64,000 nucleotides of DNA from the human T2T-CHM13v2.0 reference genome, Homo sapiens, in the NCBI RefSeq assembly GCF_009914755.1, contig NC_060930.1; one strand, given 5' to 3'. Of this stretch, positions 43,581 through 59,881 are shown one piece after another. The first letter of the stretch is position 1. Each line of letters opens with the position of its first letter. Below the pieces are notes generated by a model. That model was not told the DNA's origin. It was given only the letters and a program-made list of their open reading frames with translations, and did no database searches. A program made the translations under genes and the position numbers.

Positions 43581-44411
43581 CTATTTAAAGACAAATAAAA
43601 CTGCAATTTACTATATATTTATGACCTAGTACAATTTTTTAAAGATCCAGCAGACCAGCAAATATATGGTATACTTGCTGTTAGTGGTCCACTCAAGTGC
43701 AATTGGCAGTTGTCACTAACAGATCTCAGCACTCATACTAAGACCTGAATCCTTCTCGGAACACAAAACATTGTGATGCAGCCACTTTCAGTCAGCAGTT
43801 TTAACATATAGAAAATTGACATGGTGTAAGAATCAAATTATTAAACTTTTAGCTATTTTTCTTTTTCTAACAAGCAATATGCAAAGCAGCCAGTCTCATT
43901 CTTAATAGAAAACACAGTGCTTCTAAATTAGATATTTCCATGGTCTCTCAATAGTGGCATTATTGACATTTTGGGCTAGATGTTTTTTTGTCGTGCGATT
44001 GTCCTGTGCACTACTGTGCACCTTCTGGAGATGGCTGTGCACATGAGAGTAAAAAAGTAGAATAAAGAATACTGGTTTTTGGACCCATGTCCCCTAACAT
44101 CAACTTGTCACGTGTGATATCTGTGCAGAGGCAGATTTACTGAAGCAAATAAAACTTAAGTCTCTGAGTTCCTCACTTGCATGAACCCATTTGGTATTGA
44201 TAAATTTCATATTTTTTCTTATGGAGGGCCTAAAAAGTGTTTAAGTTTCAAATCCAAAATATCTGGACCTCCCTTTGCTTATGAAGACTTAAAAGATGCA
44301 GTTTGGTGGCTAATCTCCCAAGTGCAGAATTTCCCAAGTGCTTTCTTTCTTACTCCAAACAAATGCTAATATGTACTATGCTTAATTTCTCCTGTTAAAA
44401 ATAAAGACAAC

Positions 44412-44735
44412 AGGCTGGGTGCAGTGGCTCACACCTGTAATCCCAGCACTTTGGGAGGCCGAGGTGGGCAGATCACCTGAGGTCAGGAGTTTGAGACCAG
44501 CCTGGTCAACATGACAAAACCCTCTCTACTAAAAAATACTCAAAAAAAAAAAAAATTAGCCAGGCATGGTGGTGTGTGCCTGTAATCCCAGCTACTCAGA
44601 AGGCTGAGGCAAGACAATCGCTTGAACCCGAGGGGCAGAGGTTGCAGTCAGCTGAGATCGCACCACTGCACTCCAGCCTGGGCAACAGAGGAAGACTCTG
44701 TCTCAAAAAATAATAATAATAATAATAAATAATAA
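44412..44735 (+). mobile_element. Alu
   Basis: TSD AATAAAGACA. Confidence 0.92.
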
Positions 44736-44871
44736 AGACAGTATATACCACTGAAGATAAAGTTAAATAACAGAAATAAAATAAGTTGCTCTGTCAATAA
44801 CTTACATTTTTTTGTTCATACAGGTTTTATTGCAAATGTAAAACCTTATTATTTAAAAGAGTAAAGCTTAC

Positions 44872-45042
44872 CTGTCTGGGTACATTACAACTGGAAGGCG
44901 GTGGAATAATTCCTAATTGATGAAAAATGTTTAGACCAAATGTATAAACACATCCATCTTCAGTTAATACAACAGTATGATCCTTAGCAGCTGCCACTTG
45001 GGAACAATTATGACCATTCAGTCCTTCCACAAGCCGAGGGAC
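44872..45042 (-). CDS. IBTK: IBTK exon 6 (171 nt), RCC1 repeat
   Basis: TAG|GTCCCT...CAG|GTAAGC; HTVVLTEDGCVYTFGLNIFHQLG. Confidence 0.95.
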
Positions 45043-45983
45043 CTACAAAATAAAATTAACTTTAGTATACTACATTAACCATTTATACAGATATGCAAAT
45101 AGAATTTGATGATACTACATCTAAAATGACATGAAATGACATGACTGATACATGGCTGTATCTATCATAGGTAAATTCTACATTTCAGCAAAGGGTAGAT
45201 GAGTTTAAAAGGATATGGTTGTAAGTTTATGAGCAAAATACATAAGCCCAGTAAGACATTCCAGTGAAATAATTCAATTCAACAAATGATTTTTGAGCCC
45301 TTACCAAGTGCAAATTTGTTTGGTATGAATAAAGGGAGCTCATCAAAGTATACACGGGTACATTGAAAAAAAAACAAAAATACAGAATCAATGTTTCCCT
45401 TCGGGGAGTAGCCAAACATATAGTATCATATTCCTTTGGAGTCATTTATCTGTCCTGGGTTCAAATCTTACTTCTGTCACTACCTATTTGATCTCAAATC
45501 AAATTTCTTAACCTCTCTGTACCTCATTTTCTTCATCTGAAAACAGTAATCAGTCAATAAACGATTGCTATTATTAGTGTCATCATCATGCATAAAATGA
45601 AGATAATACCTGTGCCTCACAGGGCTGTTGTGAGGCTTAAGGTAATATTATATATGAAAAGCATAAACAATGCTTGGAACAAAATAAACCCTCAAAAATG
45701 GAAGCTATTATCATTATAGCTTTCCCTCTTTTTAAAAGCACCATTTAATAGATAAGTATATCAGAAGTCCCCACAAAAAACATCTTAAAATAACGTAGTG
45801 AACCAATTTTCTGATAGGTAATGTACTAGGTCTCTTCTAATTAGCACTAAGTTTCAGTAGCACAAATATAAATTTTGTGACTACATAATGAAAATACTGG
45901 CTCAATTTTTAGACCACAGAAATCTTAATGAGAAGTTAAAAACAAAAACCAGAACTACTTCAGGAAAAGTGTTTTACAATTAG

Positions 45984-46337
<354 letters not shown>

Positions 46338-46586
46338 TAAAGCTTATGTAACGCTCCTGACTCAGTATTTGCTATAAGCAAAGTATTACTTTTTTTAATC
46401 CTTTTGCATTGTATGTAAATCCTTAATTTAAACATGATATATCAGGAAACAGATTTTTTAAAATCTATTATCAATTGATGTATTATTTCGTCCTTACAGT
46501 TGAAAAAAAAATTTAGTTAATTAAATCTTTCAGCTTATCAGCATTTTTCTAAAGTTACCTAAATAGTGTAATGACATTTCAATTAC

Positions 46587-46697
46587 CAAGCATGTCTGTT
46601 CATCTCCATGTCCTAATCGCCCTCCAGGACCATGACCACAGGTATAAACCTGCCCTTTCTGAGACAGAAACACGGAGTGAAATTTACAAAGCACCAC
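46587..46697 (-). CDS. IBTK: IBTK exon 5 (111 nt), RCC1 repeat
   Basis: TAG|GTGGTG...TTG|GTAATT; HSVFLSQKGQVYTCGHGPGGRLGHGD. Confidence 0.95.
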
Positions 46698-47983
46698 CTA
46701 AGGGAAAACAAGAGAATATTATTAAACTTCTCTGAATAAAATATCCTTTATTTTATGAAAAAGAAATAGAATATTGTTAATTGTTTAAACAGGATAATGG
46801 ATACAAGGGGAATTTATAAGACTTTAATTTCCACATTTTAAGTTTCCTGTAATAAAAATAAAAGATACATATGCTTTGTTTTAAAATTATGTCTAAAAAC
46901 ATTGACACGAAAAAAAAGAACAAAGAAAGAATTAAGCATGTGTTACCCACAGAAGAGATTACCCAAAGGAAAATATAATTTTAAACCTTCAATTCCAAAA
47001 ATTAGTAGCCAGTTGTTTTCCAGTTTCATGAAATATCAAACAGTAAGAAATGAGCAAAGTGCAACAGGAAGCATAAAGATTACCAAATAGTGATATATGG
47101 TACTAATAAAAATAATAGAAACATCTTCAGAGTGTTTTCAAAAAACAATAAAGCCATTTATACATGGCGTAGGGGGCAGTATGTCCTTTTCTTTATCTTT
47201 GGTTTTATCAACATGTCTTTAATATACATTTATAATTATTTTAATAAATAATTTTATATTTATTTTCAAGTTTTTCTCTCCTTTCCCACTTCCTTTTTCC
47301 TTATCTGCCTCAATCTCAGTACACTCCCTTGCCCCTGATACACAGACTTACTATTCACATACTACAGAAGACAAAGATACTGAAACAGTTGAACTGCCTC
47401 AGCAGAACACAATAACAGGAAACCATCAGCAGTTTCAAATATATATATATTTACATATCTAACCCTGGGCCACATTTTGCTATTTTCCAAGCTCTGATAT
47501 TCATTATACTCACTTTACCTTAATAATATTTTTAAAATCTTCTCATTTTTAAAGATTGTTTGCATTTATATTTCTTACAACATCTGCAAATATTTCTAAC
47601 TTAGGATATAAAAAGATGAGTAAGAAATAAAGAAACCCTAAAATCATTTCCAGAAAGTCAAGGTCCTTTGGAAAACAAAAAAATTATAAGCTAGACAAGC
47701 TCTAAATATTTACACATACCCTAGACCGCTCGGAATTTTGTAAGCACAATATAGCTATCAAATAAAAAAAGTAATGCAAAGATTATTATCTCATTTAGCT
47801 GTACCACAAATACCTAAAAAGTTTAAAAATAAAATCCAAATTTGTATTTTAAATTTACAAGTTGTCAGTGAAATTCATTTTATGAAATAAGAAAGAATAC
47901 ATTTCATTCAATTTTATATTAAATATTAGAATGCCATCCTACAACTGCTGACTTCTACTACTAAACAACAGTTGCAATACTAG

Positions 47984-48315
<332 letters not shown>

Positions 48316-49392
48316 TAAAACCCCTGAATTTTTAAATAAGAACTGAGCATGGATTTTCGCTTTTAATTATCTGGAATATATAATACTAACATTAATAATC
48401 TCTGTCTCATGGTAGTTAATTAATTTGGTACTGTATAATATAGAATCAGCCCCTTTTCAATAACAAATGGGGCTCTCTATATAACTGGTACTCAATTAAT
48501 ATTCCCATACTTGCTTTCTCTTCCCTGACTGAAATTTATACTGATTTCTTTCCTTCAAACCTACCCACTGTGCTTGCTTCACCCTCATTCTGTGGTAAAT
48601 AAAATCCCTTAGATCCTTAATACCTTCACAAAACACGCCCACTGCCTTGCCTTACCTGAAATGTGGCTTTCTCTTTGAGTACACTAGTTCACTCACAACC
48701 CTGGCAAATGGAATATGCTCAAATATTCCAAACTATATATTTCTTTGGATCAGACATTTCAATCACCCTCTGATTTCCTAATGCCATCATGATTCCCTCA
48801 CTCTTGTCTTTAAAATCCCTGCTCCGTAACAGCTCATGAAATAAAGGTATATCATGTACTACCTCAAAAAAGGAAAAACAGGTGTCTTTCTTGTGCCACA
48901 ATTCCAATCAATCATTAGTGGCTGCTAATGGTTGGATTATCATTTTAAGGAGGAGTCTGAGGACCCACTCAAGCTCAGCATGAGAAAAAAAAAACTGACT
49001 AGCATGTCTGCAAAAAGCTCTAGACTAGGTGAGCAGCTTGTACACTTGCTGCCCCTGCTCTGATTTCTCACCATCTTGCTCACCCCTCTCACATTCACTA
49101 AAGACTTGGACACCAAGCTTGATTCTCGCCCATCACAAGTCCTTTCATTATCCTAAGTTCCCTCCACATCTACAGAGAAGACCCACAAGAATATTAGCTT
49201 TCATGACACCATTCTACTCCCTACTTCTCTAGCCACTTTTCATTCCTATATGGGTTTTTATTCCTGTTCTCTCAAAATTTAATATTCTCTAGAGTTTAAG
49301 GATTCTATTGCTTTTTTTGTTCAATTGCTGGTTGTGATGCATTAGGTTGTGACTTTTAGTTTAAAAAATAGTGTTCTATGGAGCCCTAAATA

Positions 49393-49512
49393 TAGTGGTC
49401 ATATTATTTATCATGCAAACATTTTTGAGAATGAAAGGGGATACTAACAATTACACTAGGAAAATAATCATAAACCAGAACTGTCCTGGGCAAACTAGGG
49501 ATATGTTGTCAA
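49393..49512. mobile_element. MER94-like hAT-Blackjack remnant
   Basis: TAAACCAGAACTGTCCTGGGCAAACTAGGGATATG motif. Confidence 0.5.
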
Positions 49513-51112
49513 AGTAGCTCTAAAAACTGTCTAAGAATTCAATCTCAGGATATAAACTAAGTGTTGTTATGTATGTCATATATAAATAATAGGTGAAAGT
49601 TGGAAAGAGCCAGTACTATAGTGATAAAAACACTCCAAGCTCATATTCTGGATCAAAGAAGTTTTATGAACTTCAAAATGCAGAAAGAATATAACTAGGA
49701 AGTTGTAGGAAATGTAAGTTGAAATGGTAATTTAGGAAGACTGAAAAAGTTCTTACATTCCAAGCCACAGAGTTTGGACTTTATCCAAAGGTGACTTAGT
49801 AGATAAACACATAATTAGCTCTTTTTTAAGACAAATAATTCTGGAGAAGAATATTATTGGGGTTGAAATGAATGGAGCCAAAAAGTCAAATTAGGACACT
49901 GTTGTCACTGTCCAAAAAAAGAGCTTGAAAAGGACATGGCACCTAGGTTCATGAGACAGAAAAGAACTAAATAGACATGCTCTGAGGTATCATCTTCAGG
50001 ATTTAGAATTTGAGATTTATAACATTAAAAATTGAATAGGGTAGTTTAGGAGTGGCAAAAATAACACTTCAGACATTCTAAATTTAAATATCTTGAAAGA
50101 ATACCCACAGTACAACTGAAATAAAGTTCAAGAGAAAGACTGGGGCTAGAGATACACATACATACACACATATACACAATGTAATACAGAAAGATTTGTC
50201 AACAGTAGCTGTATCTGGGGAAGTAGAAGATATCATGCATTGTAAGGATATAAGACCACAGACCAAATCTTTACAATTGTATCTATTAAAATTTTACAAT
50301 TACTTACATTTAAGAACTCAGGTTCACAAAAAGCATCACTCGTGCCTAAGCATCTAAGGGCAAATTTTTGAACCCCACACTTCCAAAACATTGCTTATCT
50401 GTCTCCATAAGTGATGAAATTTTAGTTCTATCTACTATCCAAACTGAGAACTGAGACTTAGACATTTAATTATTTATTGCTTGTCAGTGTGAATACAAAT
50501 AATTAAATAGAATGACTGGCAGTTTACCAGACCCTCAGTTAAAAAACTCTATAGCCTTTCCAGACTGCTGTCATCCAACTTCACATAAGATTAAACATAT
50601 TCTCTTCATGATAAATAGCTTGGAACCTAAAAACATTATTTTGTTACAAAAAATTGCAAGAAGTGTGTTGTTTTCTAAATTGAAATTATTTTATTTTTTA
50701 ATGCCACCAAAAAAAAAAGAACTGTTGTTCACTTATCAAAAATAACACTGAGCTTCAACAACAAATTCACTTGAGAAACAGCTTACAGAATTGTAATGTT
50801 TGTTAAATAGAAAAGCTAGAAAATCAAGAGAAGCTTTACCCTCTTAAATTAAACTACTATCTGTATAACATTTTCTAATTTCTAACACTAATTGCACAAA
50901 TATCTTATATTTTAGGGTATTTTACAAAGTCTAAATATAATTAAGGCTAACAATATCTAAAATAAAATTAGCAAAGTTCTATTGATTGATTTCCTCATTA
51001 AAATGTTACTGTACCTGAAACAAAGTTATGTAATCCACATGAAAAGCTGAACAATCAAATACAAAAGTTCTTTCTCATCTCTAAAAGTATATAGATTGTA
51101 CTTCAAAAATAC

Positions 51113-51237
51113 CTGCTTGATATAAATCCCACTCCTGGAGAACAGATCCACCAACTCTGGATGATGTTTGCTATTCTGGCTTCCATGACCCAGGGTAAAA
51201 TTTGTATTATCGCCCCAAGTATAAACATCTGTAGGAT
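51113..51237 (-). CDS. IBTK: IBTK exon 4 (125 nt), RCC1 repeat
   Basis: TAG|ATCCT...CAG|GTATTT; DVYTWGDNTNFTLGHG. Confidence 0.95.
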
Positions 51238-51439
51238 CTAAAATAAAAATTAGTTTTTATACTTTTTTATATTTTAAAACACATATAAGAACTAATTTAA
51301 CTACAATATTTAGAAAGATGCCAACGCTCTTCTCTGAATGAATATATTAATATGATATTAGGTAATTCTAGAAATAGAAAATCCAAATCATAGTACAGGC
51401 CTGTCTCAATGCAAGCAATCAAACATTTGTTCCTTGCTT

Positions 51440-51590
51440 CTTTTTTTTTTGTTGTTGTTTTTTTTTAATAATTGAGACAAGGTCTCATTATGTTGCCCAG
51501 ACTGGTCTTCACCTCACGGGCTCAAGTGATCCTCCCACCTCGGCCCCCCAAAGTGCTAGGATTACAGGCATAAGCCACTCTGCCCAGGCT
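51440..51590 (-). mobile_element. Alu monomer
   Basis: Reverse left arm. Confidence 0.85.
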
Positions 51591-52128
51591 GTTTCTTGTT
51601 TCTTTAGCAGCTAAAGTTTAACTGCCAAATGAGTAAAACACCACCGGCCATATCTACTTAGTTTCCATGAAAATAATATATAGAACTGTATCAAATGTAA
51701 GATATTATTAATCCACACATACAAAGGTTCTAAATGTTGCAAATGTGATATTACTCTTTGTACAGGAACACTAACTTTCAATACTTTGTTTTTCATAGAC
51801 ACAAAATCACACTAGTGATTAGGGTAAAGCCCATTAAACTGGAATACAAATCACAGCTAAGTTCATGATATAAATCTTCATTTTTATTTTAGAAGATGAA
51901 TAAAGTCTTAGAATGGAATTATCACTGTTAACCTGCAATGCAGTATCCAGGGTAGAAATAGAAATACAGAATGTGTCCTTACTCAGCTTGCTTACTAGTT
52001 AAATGCAAACTATACAGTGCCCCAATTAAATCTTTTCTTTTCTGCCAATTCCCACTTCCAAATCTCAAAGAGCAAACAAACTGGAGGGATAAGTGAAACT
52101 GAGAATGTGTGAATAAAAAAATAATTGG

Positions 52129-52725
52129 AGCCGGGCACAGTGGCTCACGCCTGTAATCCCAGCACTTTGAGAGGCCGAGGAGGGAGGATCACTGGAGTTC
52201 AGGAGTTCCAGATTACCCTGGTCAACGTGGCAAAACCTCACCTCTATAAAAAAAGTATAAAAATTGGCCGCACGCAGTGGTTCATGCCTGTAATCCCAGC
52301 ACTTTGGGAGACCGAGGCAGACGGATCACCTGAGGTCAGGAGTTCGAGACCAACCTGACCAACATGAAGAAACTGCATCTCTACTAAAAATACAAAATTA
52401 GCTGGTCATGGTGGCTCATGCCTGTAATCCCAGCTACTCAGGAGGCTGAGAGAAGAGAGCCTCTCAGCTTGAACCCGGGAGGCGGAGGTTGCGGTGAGCC
52501 AAGATCGCGCCATTGCACGCCAGCCTGGGCAACAAGAGCGAAACTGTCTCAAAAAAAAAAAAAAAAAAAAAATTAATTGGGCATGGTGGCATGGGTCTAT
52601 ATTCCCAGCTACTTGGAGGGCTGAAGTGAGAGGATGGCTTAAGCTCAGAAGGTTGAAGCTGCAATGAGCCGTGTTCTTGCCACTGCACTCCAGCCTGACT
52701 GACAAAGCGAGACCCTATCTCAACA
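52129..52725 (+). mobile_element. Nested Alus: younger Alu (52266-52570) inserted in the A-rich linker of an older Alu
   Basis: Left arm, full dimer with A tail, then right arm. Confidence 0.85.
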
Positions 52726-53088
52726 ACAACCACAAAAATAATGATAATTTCCAGAGACCCTATCTCAAAAATAACAAAAGGAATAAAAATTTACATTCCT
52801 TTTTCCTTCTACCTCAATGCTGATGTTACTTTCTGAGTATATATCAATTACTTTACAGTAGTTACAATTATAACAGTCCTCCCATTTTAGATTGTACTTT
52901 TATATAGACATAAATATGGATTGAAATTTTAAAATGCAAAATAAAATTGTTCTGAATATGAAACAAAAAATATCCAACATATACCAAAGTAAAATTTCTT
53001 TGCAGATAGCCACACACAAATAAATTTCCCCACTACTTTAAGAAGAATAAAATTTCATTAAAATTTTCTAAGCTAAGCTGCACCTTAA

Positions 53089-53533
<445 letters not shown>

Positions 53534-53553
53534 CATTTGTGAAATTTTCTTAC

Positions 53554-53650
53554 CAGTATTCTTGAATACTACATGAGTTGGTCTATCCTTCATTACAAGA
53601 TCCAAAGCTGACAAGCCTTCTTTATCTTGAATATACAGACTAACACCATG
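53554..53650 (-). CDS. IBTK: IBTK exon 3 (97 nt)
   Basis: TTTTAG|CATGGT...ACTG|GTAAGA; HGVSLYIQDKEGLSALDLVMKDRPTHVVFKNT. Confidence 0.95.
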
Positions 53651-53697
53651 CTAAAACAAACAAACAAACAAATACATAAATATATATATATTATTAA

Positions 53698-54553
<856 letters not shown>

Positions 54554-54708
54554 ATGTGAACATTTTTAACAATAAAGCATTTCTGATACCCCTTTAATAC
54601 CCCATAAATACACTGTCCCTACAAGTCCCTAGCTCTGGGTTTGTGTCTGTGTGGGAGTGCATCTGAACATAAACATTTAACTCTTCTTGCATTTGAGGAG
54701 CCACACTC

Positions 54709-55034
<326 letters not shown>

Positions 55035-55181
55035 TCAAATCAGTTTATTTAGTTTATACTTACTCTATTTTAGTTTGAGGAATTTTTTCTTATTTATAAT
55101 TTGACAGTTAATTGTTGATGACCTGTTTATTCTGCGAGGTATCTGATATCCCTTCAATATATTTTGTTTATGTTACCATAG

Positions 55182-55617
<436 letters not shown>

Positions 55618-56933
55618 TAGTAGAATAAAAACTTAAACAAAGAAGGGATTCTGTCTTGTTCACTGCAATATCCCTAGCACCTGGATTACTGCCTGGCACA
55701 TATCAGGCACTCAAAAAATATTTGTTCCAAATACCTCACAGACAGTATATTATTTAATCCATATAACCTATGATTCTGTGAAGTCTTCTGTTTACAAATG
55801 GGAAAAATTAAAGCAAGTTCTTCCAGAATAGTAAGTAAACCACCAGTATAAAAGAGCAATGGTTTAGCAACAACAGATACAGCAGGACTCCACAAGCATA
55901 AACAGTCTTTACCAGCCATGCATCCTGTCATGGAATCAAGAAGCCCCAAAAGAGCTACATAAGATAATCTGTCTCTATTCCAGCTTTTTGTAGGCAACAA
56001 GTTTCTGCTAAGGTTTTATATCTTTGGCATTAAGAAACTGACAATTTACTGTGCAATTTACAAATGTTATAGCTATGAAGTTTTATCAAATTTAAATTCA
56101 TTAAAATGTGTGTGGTTTCTTCCTGATAATCCATAATACCTGAAGTGCTACAGCTGACATCAGAGACGGAACTGACATGAAGACACCTATCACTGCACCC
56201 CTTCCAATTAAAGAAGTGTTGGAAGGTCAAAGTAAAAAAATATGCTGAACAAAAGCAGACAGCCTACCAACATGAGAATGCTGAATGGTTAATACAGGAT
56301 TTAGGGGAAAACCGTCAGTGGAATACATCCACTGTTATGTATCTATCACTGATCAGCAGGGCTCTGATGCCAATAAGACAGTCAAGCTAAGGGCAAGGTG
56401 ACAACGGCACAATTTCCTGGCTTCTATTAGCCAAGGTGGCTAGAGTGACTGAGGATTTCGATGGGGCAATAAAATCTCACAGGAAGGAAAGGACCAAAAT
56501 TCAGTCCAGACCATAACTATTTCAAACTGTAGCCCTAAATGCTAACACCTAAATGGCAACCCCTAGGATGGCAGGAAACCCAAACCCAGGGACCTTCTCA
56601 AACTCAGCAGGGTTGGCAGTCATCCAACTTTCCAGCAGAAACTGAAAAAAAAAAAGCCAAGGTTTTACAGATGGAAAAGGGTAAGAATGGAGCTGAGAGA
56701 TGCTTTAACTCTTACTAACCTAGCTTTCCCTATAATGACAATAAGGGAATTAAACAGATACCCCAAGGTTTCAGATATAAGAGGAATCTTCTCTACCATT
56801 AACAAACTTAAAAATGCTTTACTTCATGGATAGTCCCTGGGGGGGAAAAAAAAAGGAAAGTGCTATTATTACTCTCTTTTTATAGATAAAACTGAAGTTC
56901 AAGATTTAATAATTTGTCCACGATGATTCACTA

Positions 56934-56945
56934 AGTAGTAGTAGT

Positions 56946-57003
<58 letters not shown>

Positions 57004-57056
57004 CTAGAAGATAGTAGTAGTAGTAGCAGTAGTAGTAGTAGTAGAAGATAGTAGTG

Positions 57057-57090
<34 letters not shown>

Positions 57091-57105
57091 CAGTAATAGT
57101 AGAAG
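56934..57105 (+). repeat. Compound (TAG)n/(CAG)8/(TGG)n trinucleotide repeat
   Basis: Read directly. Confidence 0.95.
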
Positions 57106-57355
57106 ATCAGTAGGGAGTTTAACTCCACAAAAGAATATTTTACTATTACTATATAATAAAAATTATTCTTATCAGTAAATGTTACTACATAAAAGCCACT
57201 ACAGAAATATTTTTTAAGTCAAAATTAAATGAAGACACTGAAGGTAAGCTTCTGAATTTGACCAGAAGTTCCTTAAGGACCAGAACTGTTTTTTTCTTTT
57301 CCAGGTCCTCCACAAACATGACAAAATCCCTATACAAAAAAAATTGTTAAATTTA

Positions 57356-57724
<369 letters not shown>

Positions 57725-57839
57725 TCATTAGTGAAATGACATTGGGGTGTATTTCAAAACGCTTTATTATTTGCCTATTCAATACAACACACCTAATCTA
57801 CTAGAAAGAAAATTTTATATAAATTAAACAATTTTAATG

Positions 57840-58431
57840 ATTTTTTTTTTGAGATGGAGTCGTCCTCGGTTGCCCAGGCTGAAGTACAATGGTGCGATCT
57901 CAGCTTACAGCAACCGCCGCCTCCTGGGTTCAAGTGATTCTCCTGCCTCAGCCTCCCAAGTAGCTAGGATTACAGGCATGTGCCACCACACCCAGCTAAT
58001 AATTTTTGTATTTTTAGAAGAGACAGGGCTTCACCATGTTGGCCAGGCTAGTCTTGAACTCCTGATCTCAGGTGATCCACCTGCCTTTGCCTCCAAGAGT
58101 GCTGAGATTACAGGCGTGAGCCACCGCGCCTGGCCATCAATTTCTTTTTTTGAGACAGAGTCTCACTCTGTCGCCTAGGCTGGAGTGCAGTGACACGATC
58201 TTGGCAAACTGCAACCTCTGCCTCCTGGGCTTAGCTGATTCTAATGCCTCAGTCTCCCAAGTAGCTAAGACTACAAGCACACGCCACTACACCTGGCTAA
58301 TTTTTGTATTTTTAGTAGAGATGGCGTTTTACTATGTTGGCCAGGCTTGTCTCGAACTCATAACCTCAAGTGATCGGCCCACCTCGGCCTCCAAAGTGCT
58401 AGGATTACAGCATGAGCCACCACACCTGGCC
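57840..58431 (-). mobile_element. Two tandem Alus (57840-58135, 58141-58431)
   Basis: Reverse dimers. Confidence 0.9.
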
Positions 58432-58553
58432 TCATCAGTTTCTTTAGAGCTTATAAACACCGTATGTTAACTAAACAAGAAATGAAACATACTACTCAAA
58501 AACACAATTCCTAAATAATGTTCAACAACTACTGCCCTTTTAAAGTTAATAAT

Positions 58554-58862
58554 AGGCTGGGCATGGTGGCTCATGCCTGTAATCCCAGCACTTTGGGAGG
58601 CCGAGGTGGGTGGATCACGAGGTCAGGAGATCGAGACCATCCTGGCTAACACGGTGAAACCCCATCTCTACTAAAAAAATACAAAAAATTAGCCAGGCGT
58701 GGTGGTGGGTGCCTGTAGTCCCAGCTACTTGGGAGGCTGGGGCAGGAGAATGGTGTGAACCCGGGAGGCGGAGCTTGCCATGATCCGAGATCAGGGGCCA
58801 CAGCACTCCAGCCTCGGCGACAGAGCGAAACTCCATCTCAAAAACATAAATAAATAAAATAA
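58554..58862 (+). mobile_element. AluY-like
   Basis: TSD TAAAGTTAATAATA. Confidence 0.92.
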
Positions 58863-58989
58863 AGTTAATAATATAGTTATTTAAGAATAAATCATTTTAA
58901 AATACTAAAAGATATTGTTACAAAAATACTAATTGAGATGCCATTAGACTGGGGCAACTCTAGCACTTTAAGTTTATCCATAAGTAAAC

Positions 58990-59246
58990 ACACAGCCAGT
59001 AAACAGTAAAATGAAACTAGAGTCTTTACCAATCAGAAACCACCAACTAACCTCTAACTAGGGTCTTTCCACTCTAACCAATTAAATATATTTTCTTTGT
59101 CTTTATTCTGCATCGGCCTATAAAAGCTCACTGCTCAGGCTGCAGCACAGCTCTCTGAGCCTCTTCTGGTTCTGAATGCTGCCCGATTCATAAATCATTC
59201 TTTGTGCAAATAAATTGTGCTTACTTAATGTAAAGTATTTCTTTTA
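58990..59246 (+). mobile_element. ERV1 LTR fragment (MER34/MER39-like)
   Basis: AACCAAT, TATAAAA (59119), CTCTTCTGGTTCTGAATGCTGCCCGATTCAT, AATAAA (59209). Confidence 0.6.
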
Positions 59247-59560
59247 ATAATGTATAATACTCATTAAATGATGTATGGGATTTAGTTCAAAATATTATGA
59301 GATGTACAAATAACACAAAATTGGCCAACAGTTCATTATATATAGTAAGCATGATAAATGTTTAAAATTTTACATCACAAAAAAGTTAAGTAAAAGGATA
59401 TATGGAGTTTTAATTCCAAAGATCAGTTACAGTAGTAAGAGATAGCAAACAAGCAAGAAAAAATGCAAATATTTTCCAAAAAGCATGTAGGATGTATGAA
59501 AATGATTAAGAAAAACATATTCCAGACTAAATACGTTTAAAATAAACAAATGACAATTAC

Positions 59561-59881
59561 CTTCAATAGAGACCAAACACAATCAATATGTCCATAAAAA
59601 ATGCTTCTGTGCAATGCTGTCCATCCAGACTCTTTGTCTTTCACCAACAGATCCACTCCTTTCTGAATAAGCCAATCTAACACTCCTTTCTTTCCACAGG
59701 AGGAAACAAGGTGGAGGGCATTCCTGCCAAAAACATCCTTGATAGTTGCAGCATTGTAACAATGACTGGAGAGAAAGGCCTTAATCTGGTTTTCGCTCCC
59801 CTTTGTTACCACAGAAAGGACATCCAAAGCATGCTTCAGGGATCGACACTTTGATGTGCAGTCAGGCATGGGTGAACTCAT
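59561..59881 (-). CDS. IBTK: IBTK exon 2 coding part (M1-K107), ankyrin repeats
   Basis: ATG at 59881; GRNALHLVSSCG and GWTALHRSIFYGH ankyrin motifs; donor AAG|GTAATT. Confidence 0.97.

Noticed and set aside
47162-47182. CTCF-like GCGTAGGGGGCAGT
   Set aside because: Partial match only; cannot be supported without a PWM scan or ChIP data
56100-56700. GC-richer block in intron 2
   Set aside because: Probably an ancient LTR or other repeat; no in-phase exon found and family not recognised
56931-57128. PolyY/L/T/A ORF
   Set aside because: Translation of the trinucleotide repeat; no true ATG start
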